64,000 nucleotides of DNA from the sequence record OR525698.1; one strand, given 5' to 3'. Shown piece after piece: positions 59,841-64,000 of this stretch. The notes under the pieces were generated by a model. The model was not told where the DNA came from. It made no database searches and saw only the letters and a list, made by a program, of their open reading frames with translations. Position 1 is the first letter of the stretch, and each line of letters opens with the position of its first letter. This stretch comes from Escherichia phage vB-Eco-KMB43. Both the position numbers and the translations under genes were made by a program.

Positions 59841-60248
59841 ATGATTAAAGATTTTACTCCTAAAGCTGACTTAGAAACTTTTCTGCCGGAAGCACAGGAA
59901 AAATTGGACATGTTGGCTATGTTTGAGTCAGAAGAACTATTGAAAATCGTTGAAGGTATCTCCGAGGATGAGCCGGAACTGGCGGTAGCAATGCTGTCTA
60001 TCATCGACGGAATTACTGTAAATGAAGCAATGGTTAAACATGTAAACGCACGCGGGGAAGTTGCACGTAAGAAAGATCGCAAAACCCGTGAGCGTAATGC
60101 TTACATGACTACTGGCCTAAGCAAAGCTAAACGCCGTCAAATTGCCCGTCGTGCTGCAAAAACCAAACGTGCAAATCCATCTATAGAACGTCATGCGGAA
60201 CGTAAGCGCAAAAAAGCAATGCGTAAACGTAAGGCGTTAGGATTATAA
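59841..60248 (+). CDS. 68: prohead core protein gp68
   Basis: 135 aa with a basic C-terminus. Position before gene 21. Confidence 0.8.
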   Translation: MIKDFTPKADLETFLPEAQEKLDMLAMFESEELLKIVEGISEDEPELAVAMLSIIDGITVNEAMVKHVNARGEVARKKDRKTRERNAYMTTGLSKAKRRQIARRAAKTKRANPSIERHAERKRKKAMRKRKALGL

Positions 60249-60259
60249 CAGGAAACAAC

Positions 60260-60955
60260 ATGGAAAAGAACGAATTACTGATCGAACAATGGGGCGTTCC
60301 TTGTGCTCGCGGTAGTTCGTCATTGCTTGAATCATTTGATGATAAGGCTACAGGAAATCTCTATATTCAAGGGATTTTCCTGCAAGCCGAAACGGTAAAC
60401 CGCAATAAACGCTGGTATCCTCGCAGTGTTCTAGAAAATGCGGTTACTAAATACATACATGAACAAGTTGAGACACATCAAGCTCTAGGCGAACTTAATC
60501 ACCCAGCAAGAGCAATGCCAGATCCATCTAATGCTTGCATCATAATTGAAAAATTATGGTGGGAAGGTAATAACGTGATGGGTAAAGCCCGTGTTATTGA
60601 AGGGGATAAAGGCGCAGGTGATAAACTTGCTGCACTGATTCGCGCTGGCTGGATTCCTGGCGTTTCCTCCCGTGGGTTGGGTCGTTTGAAAGACTCAGGT
60701 CGCGGATACAATATTGTACAGGAAGGTTTTGTGTTGACGGTTGGTGTTGATGTTGTATGGGGTCCGAGCGCACCTGATGCGTGGGTAACTCCGGTGGTTG
60801 AGTCAACGGATAGCGATTCTAGCGCGTCAGACGCACCAGAAAGCGATAAAACCGAAAAAGTGACTAACCCTACAGCCTCGCAACAAAACATCGTAGAATC
60901 GAATAATAGCGCGTTTATGGCGCTCGCAGAAGCGTTATCTAAACGCTATAAATAA
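60260..60955 (+). CDS. 21: prohead core scaffold protease gp21
   Basis: LLIE.WG.....QAE.VNRNKR.YP...LE.AV..YI.EQV....ALGELNHP and GDKLAA.IRAGWIPGVSSRGLG match T4 gp21. Confidence 0.96.
   Translation: MEKNELLIEQWGVPCARGSSSLLESFDDKATGNLYIQGIFLQAETVNRNKRWYPRSVLENAVTKYIHEQVETHQALGELNHPARAMPDPSNACIIIEKLWWEGNNVMGKARVIEGDKGAGDKLAALIRAGWIPGVSSRGLGRLKDSGRGYNIVQEGFVLTVGVDVVWGPSAPDAWVTPVVESTDSDSSASDAPESDKTEKVTNPTASQQNIVESNNSAFMALAEALSKRYK
60947..60954 (+). promoter_or_regulatory. late promoter TATAAATA for gene 22
   Basis: Exact motif overlapping the gene 21 stop codon, 33 nt upstream of ATG 60987. Confidence 0.75.
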
Positions 60956-60986
60956 TAACGTCGTTATCAACAAGAAGGTTATAACC

Positions 60987-61781
60987 ATGCTTAAAGAAAT
61001 GCTGCTCGAAGAAGCAAAACAGATCACCGTAGACCTTGCTCTCGATGACCTGTTTGAATCCGTCGAACTGTCGCCGGAAGTAAAAGAAAATTTTGGTACT
61101 ATCTACGCTCAGGCGGTAAAAGCTAATGCTGTTGCACTGGCAGAAAGCCACATTGAAAAAATCGCCGCTAAAGCCGATGAACTGGTAGAATCAAAGGTCG
61201 AAGAAGCACGCACCGAGATTGAAACCAAACTGTACGAAGATGCAGATAAATTCCTGAATCACTTAGGCGCTAAATGGCTGGCAGAAAATAAAGAAGCCGT
61301 TACCCGTAATATTAAAGCGGATCTGTGCGAATCCCTGATTGGTTCTCTGAAAGATGTTTTCGTTACTCACAATGTTGTAGTACCGGAAGAATCTGTAGAC
61401 GTTGTTGCTGAACTTGACGAAGCACTCAAAGAAGAAAAAGAAAAAACCTCCGAACTCTTTGATGCCAAACTGCAACTTGAAAGCGAAATTCGTGGCATGA
61501 AGCGCGAACAAGCGATCAATGAAAGCACTCGTGATCTTTCCGATACTCAGAAAGAAAAAGTAACCGCGCTGATTGAAGGTCTGGAATATAGCGAAACTTT
61601 CGATAAGAAATTAACTGCAATTGTCGAAATGGTTGCTAAGAAAGAAGACAAACCAGCGAAGATTGAAGAATCACTAAATACTGATGCCGACAAGCTGAAT
61701 GTTATTGCAGAAGCTGTCGAAGAATCAGAGAAAAAGGCAACTGTAGATTCCGGCGTATCCCGCTACCTGAATTTCATCTAA
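60987..61781 (+). CDS. 22: prohead core scaffold protein gp22
   Basis: 264 aa, E/K/A-rich and helical. Position before gene 23. Confidence 0.9.
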   Translation: MLKEMLLEEAKQITVDLALDDLFESVELSPEVKENFGTIYAQAVKANAVALAESHIEKIAAKADELVESKVEEARTEIETKLYEDADKFLNHLGAKWLAENKEAVTRNIKADLCESLIGSLKDVFVTHNVVVPEESVDVVAELDEALKEEKEKTSELFDAKLQLESEIRGMKREQAINESTRDLSDTQKEKVTALIEGLEYSETFDKKLTAIVEMVAKKEDKPAKIEESLNTDADKLNVIAEAVEESEKKATVDSGVSRYLNFI

Positions 61782-61799
61782 TGTAATTCAAATCTACTT

Positions 61800-61807
61800 T
61801 ATAAATA
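61800..61807 (+). promoter_or_regulatory. late promoter TATAAATA for gene 23
   Basis: Exact motif 34 nt upstream of ATG 61841. Confidence 0.8.
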
Positions 61808-61840
61808 CTTTAGGTTAACAACAAACAAGGTTTAAAGAAC

Positions 61841-63439
61841 ATGAAAACTACCAAAGAACTGATGGAAAAATGGTCCCCGCTGCTGGAGAACGAAAAACTG
61901 CCGGAAATCGCAACTGCGTCTAAGCAGAAACTGGTTGCTAAAATTCTGGAATCTCAGGAAGCGGATTTTGCTGTAGACCCGATCTATAAGGATGAAAAAG
62001 TTGTTGAAGCATTCGGTGGCTTTATCGTAGAAGCCGAAGTTGCTGGCGACCACGGTTATGACGCATCTCAGATCGCGGCTGGTCAGACTACTGGTGCAAT
62101 CACTAACGTAGGTCCGGCTGTTATCGGTATGGTTCGCCGTGCTATCCCTAACCTGATCGCATTTGATATTTGTGGTGTTCAGCCGATGAGCACTCCGACT
62201 AGCCAGATCTTTGCAATCCGTTCTGTATACGGTCCAGATCCGCTGGCAGGTGGCAATGCTCAGAATGTTCGTGAAGCATTCCATCCGATGTATGCACCTG
62301 ATGCGTTCCATAGCTCTCTTGCTGCTAAAGGTGCAACTGTAGGTTCACCAACTGGTACTGCATTCGCTAAACTAACTCTCAGTACTCCGATTGCTGCAGG
62401 TGATATTGTACACCACACCTTCGCAGAAACTGGCATTGCATATCTGCAAAACGTTACCTCAGGACAAGTAACCCCGACCAAATCTGGCAGCGAGTCAGAT
62501 GATGAAGTTGTCATGAAGCTGATTGAAGAAGGTAAACTGGCTGAAATCGCTTTCGGTATGGCGACTTCCATTGCCGAAATTCAGGAAGGATTTAACGGTT
62601 CCAGCAATAACCCGTGGGCTGAAATGTCAATGCGTATTGACAAACAGGTTGTTGAAGCGAAATCTCGCCAACTGAAAGCCCGTTACTCTATCGAAGTTGC
62701 GCAGGATCTGCGTGCTGTACACGGTATGGATGCTGACGCTGAACTGAATGCTATCCTGGCTAACGAAGTTCTGCTGGAAATCAACCGTGAAATCGTTGAC
62801 GTCATCAACTTTACCGCTCAGGTTGGTAAGACTGGTATGACTCAGACCGTTGGTTCTAAAGCTGGTGTATTTGACCTGCAAGACCCGATCGATACTCGCG
62901 GTGCTCGTTGGGCTGGTGAATCCTTCAAATCTCTGATCTACCAGATCGACAAAGAAGCTGCTGAAATCGCTCGTCAGACTGGTCGCGGTGCTGGTAACTT
63001 TGTTATCGCTTCCCGTAACGTTGTAAACATTCTGGCTTCTGCTGATCAGGGTATCAGTCTTGCTATGCAGGGTGCTGCAAAAGGTCTGAACACCGACACC
63101 ACTAAAGCTGTTTTCGCTGGTGTTCTGGCTGGTAAGTACAAAGTGTTCATCGACCAGTATGCTCGTCAAGACTACTTCACCGTAGGTTACAAAGGCGACA
63201 ACGAAATGGATGCTGGTATCTACTATGCTCCGTATGTTGCTCTGACTCCGCTGCGTGCAACTGACCCGCAGTCTTTCCACCCGGTTCTGGGCTTCAAGAC
63301 TCGCTATGGCATCGGCATTAACCCGTTTGCAGACAGCAAATCCCAGGCACCGTCCGCTCGCATCACCTCCGGTATGTTGAGCAAAGACAGCGTAGGTAAA
63401 AACGCATACTTCCGTCGTGTATGGGTTAAGGGTTGCTAA
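61841..63439 (+). CDS. 23: major capsid protein gp23
   Basis: GPAV.GMVRRAIPNLIAFDICGVQPM, ELQEGFNGS..NPW.EM..RIDKQV.EAKSRQLKA.YSIE.AQDLRAVHGMDADAEL are collinear with recalled T4 gp23. Confidence 0.98.
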   Translation: MKTTKELMEKWSPLLENEKLPEIATASKQKLVAKILESQEADFAVDPIYKDEKVVEAFGGFIVEAEVAGDHGYDASQIAAGQTTGAITNVGPAVIGMVRRAIPNLIAFDICGVQPMSTPTSQIFAIRSVYGPDPLAGGNAQNVREAFHPMYAPDAFHSSLAAKGATVGSPTGTAFAKLTLSTPIAAGDIVHHTFAETGIAYLQNVTSGQVTPTKSGSESDDEVVMKLIEEGKLAEIAFGMATSIAEIQEGFNGSSNNPWAEMSMRIDKQVVEAKSRQLKARYSIEVAQDLRAVHGMDADAELNAILANEVLLEINREIVDVINFTAQVGKTGMTQTVGSKAGVFDLQDPIDTRGARWAGESFKSLIYQIDKEAAEIARQTGRGAGNFVIASRNVVNILASADQGISLAMQGAAKGLNTDTTKAVFAGVLAGKYKVFIDQYARQDYFTVGYKGDNEMDAGIYYAPYVALTPLRATDPQSFHPVLGFKTRYGIGINPFADSKSQAPSARITSGMLSKDSVGKNAYFRRVWVKGC

Positions 63440-63521
63440 TATAAGCCAATTCCTGAAAACTCCGGTCGGGTGCAATACCCGACTTATCATAAACCTTATG
63501 ACAGTGTAAAGTGTTAATTCC

Positions 63522-63553
63522 AAAGGGAAGACTCGAAAGGGTCTTCCCTTTTT
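63522..63553 (+). terminator. intrinsic terminator after gene 23
   Basis: GGGAAGACTC-GAAA-GGGTCTTCCC followed by TTTTT. Confidence 0.85.
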
Positions 63554-63569
63554 GCGTATTATAACCAGT

Positions 63570-63577
63570 TATAAATA
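63570..63577 (+). promoter_or_regulatory. late promoter TATAAATA downstream of the gene 23 terminator
   Basis: Exact motif 17 nt after the terminator U-run. A ~175-nt leader precedes the next ORF. Confidence 0.6.
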
Positions 63578-63753
63578 AGGTTGCAAGCCTATATTCTATT
63601 GGGAGCGAAAATAGATACACACAACAAAGACAGGAAGATGCAGAACATCGGTGGGTTGCTAGCCTAAATCCGGTGGCTATGATATGTGATTGATTTTGAT
63701 GCTGGATTTATTAAAACACAACAAACAATTCCACCAATTTTCGTAGTAACTGC

Positions 63754-63942
63754 ATGGCAAAGGGACCAATGAATGAAATGAGCGTTCATGTTGATATTGG
63801 GTCGGATAGATTTGGTAGATATACAGATCTGGTGTCTGCCGACCTTGTTATGACATTCCAGTGTGACGCTAGCGGTAATTTTTGGTTTTGGTACGCTGTT
63901 CCCCGAATTAACCCAAAATTCTCCATAAGGAGGAATGCATGA
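63754..63942 (+). CDS. small hypothetical protein (62 aa; start uncertain, 63769 possible)
   Basis: ORF whose stop overlaps the next ATG (ATGA). No good SD at 63754. Its end contains AAGGAGG, which serves the next gene. Confidence 0.35.
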   Translation: MAKGPMNEMSVHVDIGSDRFGRYTDLVSADLVMTFQCDASGNFWFWYAVPRINPKFSIRRNA

Positions 63943-64000
63943 GTAAGAAAGAAAACAGCTATGTTATGACTCGTAAGGAATACAACGAATTGATGTTAGC
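63939..64000 (+). CDS. hypothetical protein, N-terminal part only (not gp24-like)
   Basis: ATG follows AAGGAGGAATGC. MSKKENSYVMTRKEYNELML does not resemble the recalled T4 gp24 N-terminus. Confidence 0.45.
   Translation, partial: MSKKENSYVMTRKEYNELML

Noticed and set aside
62627-63523. 298-aa minus-strand ORF antisense to gene 23. Similar antisense ORFs occur in structural genes (55984..56592, 59591..60082 which is Ser-rich, 39764..40180, 61832..62311 and 60499..60891).
   Set aside because: They lie fully inside highly conserved plus-strand genes with strong homology. The Ser-rich frame is simply the complement of the acidic gp67/gp68 codons. There are no start signals.

Overview
The window is a contiguous piece of a T4-type myovirus genome. 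It looks most like the RB49/phi1/JSE pseudo-T-even lineage of enterobacterial phages. Three things point that way: a T5-type L-Ala-D-Glu peptidase endolysin instead of T4 gpe, dense promoter/stem-loop cassettes, and a GrcA-like protein whose C-terminus matches my recollection of E. coli GrcA. This lineage call rests on recalled protein sequences and gene order. No database search was possible.

Layout:
- (i) 1..29.2 kb, all on the minus strand. This is an early 'hyperplastic' region holding a few recognisable genes: nrdG, nrdD, endonuclease VII (gene 49), nrdC, dam, tk, regB, two HNH-AP2 homing endonucleases, a macro-domain protein, an SLT-like transglycosylase, a nucleotidyltransferase, a GrcA-like glycyl-radical cofactor and the endolysin. 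They sit among about 60 small uncharacterised ORFs, including several tandem paralog families and at least 14 tiny membrane proteins.
- (ii) 29.2..33.1 kb, minus strand: genes 57B (Acb1-type 2H phosphoesterase), 57A, 1, 3, 2 and 4. One plus-strand ORF is inserted between genes 3 and 2.
- (iii) 33.1..63.4 kb, plus strand: the canonical T4 morphogenesis block 53, 5, 5.1, 5.4, 6, 7, 8, [3-gene insert], 9, 10, 11, 12, wac, 13 to 20, 67, 68, 21, 22, 23.

I found no tRNA, rRNA or CRISPR array.

The ORF track over-extends many minus-strand ORFs through upstream promoter cassettes or alternative start codons, so I corrected those starts. I also added four small ORFs below the track threshold.

Most interesting observations:
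- 18 copies of a sigma70-type promoter cassette with a conserved leader, many carrying inverted repeats around the -10 element.
- A promoter-plus-terminator-bounded, ORF-free, four-hairpin candidate late small RNA (27259..27443).
- An early-promoter cassette carrying an NPPF methyltransferase, inserted between baseplate genes 8 and 9.
- A run of five translationally coupled membrane micro-ORFs feeding into the endolysin.
- A fibritin with an extra C-terminal globular domain after a foldon-like segment.
- Several candidate counter-defence enzymes.
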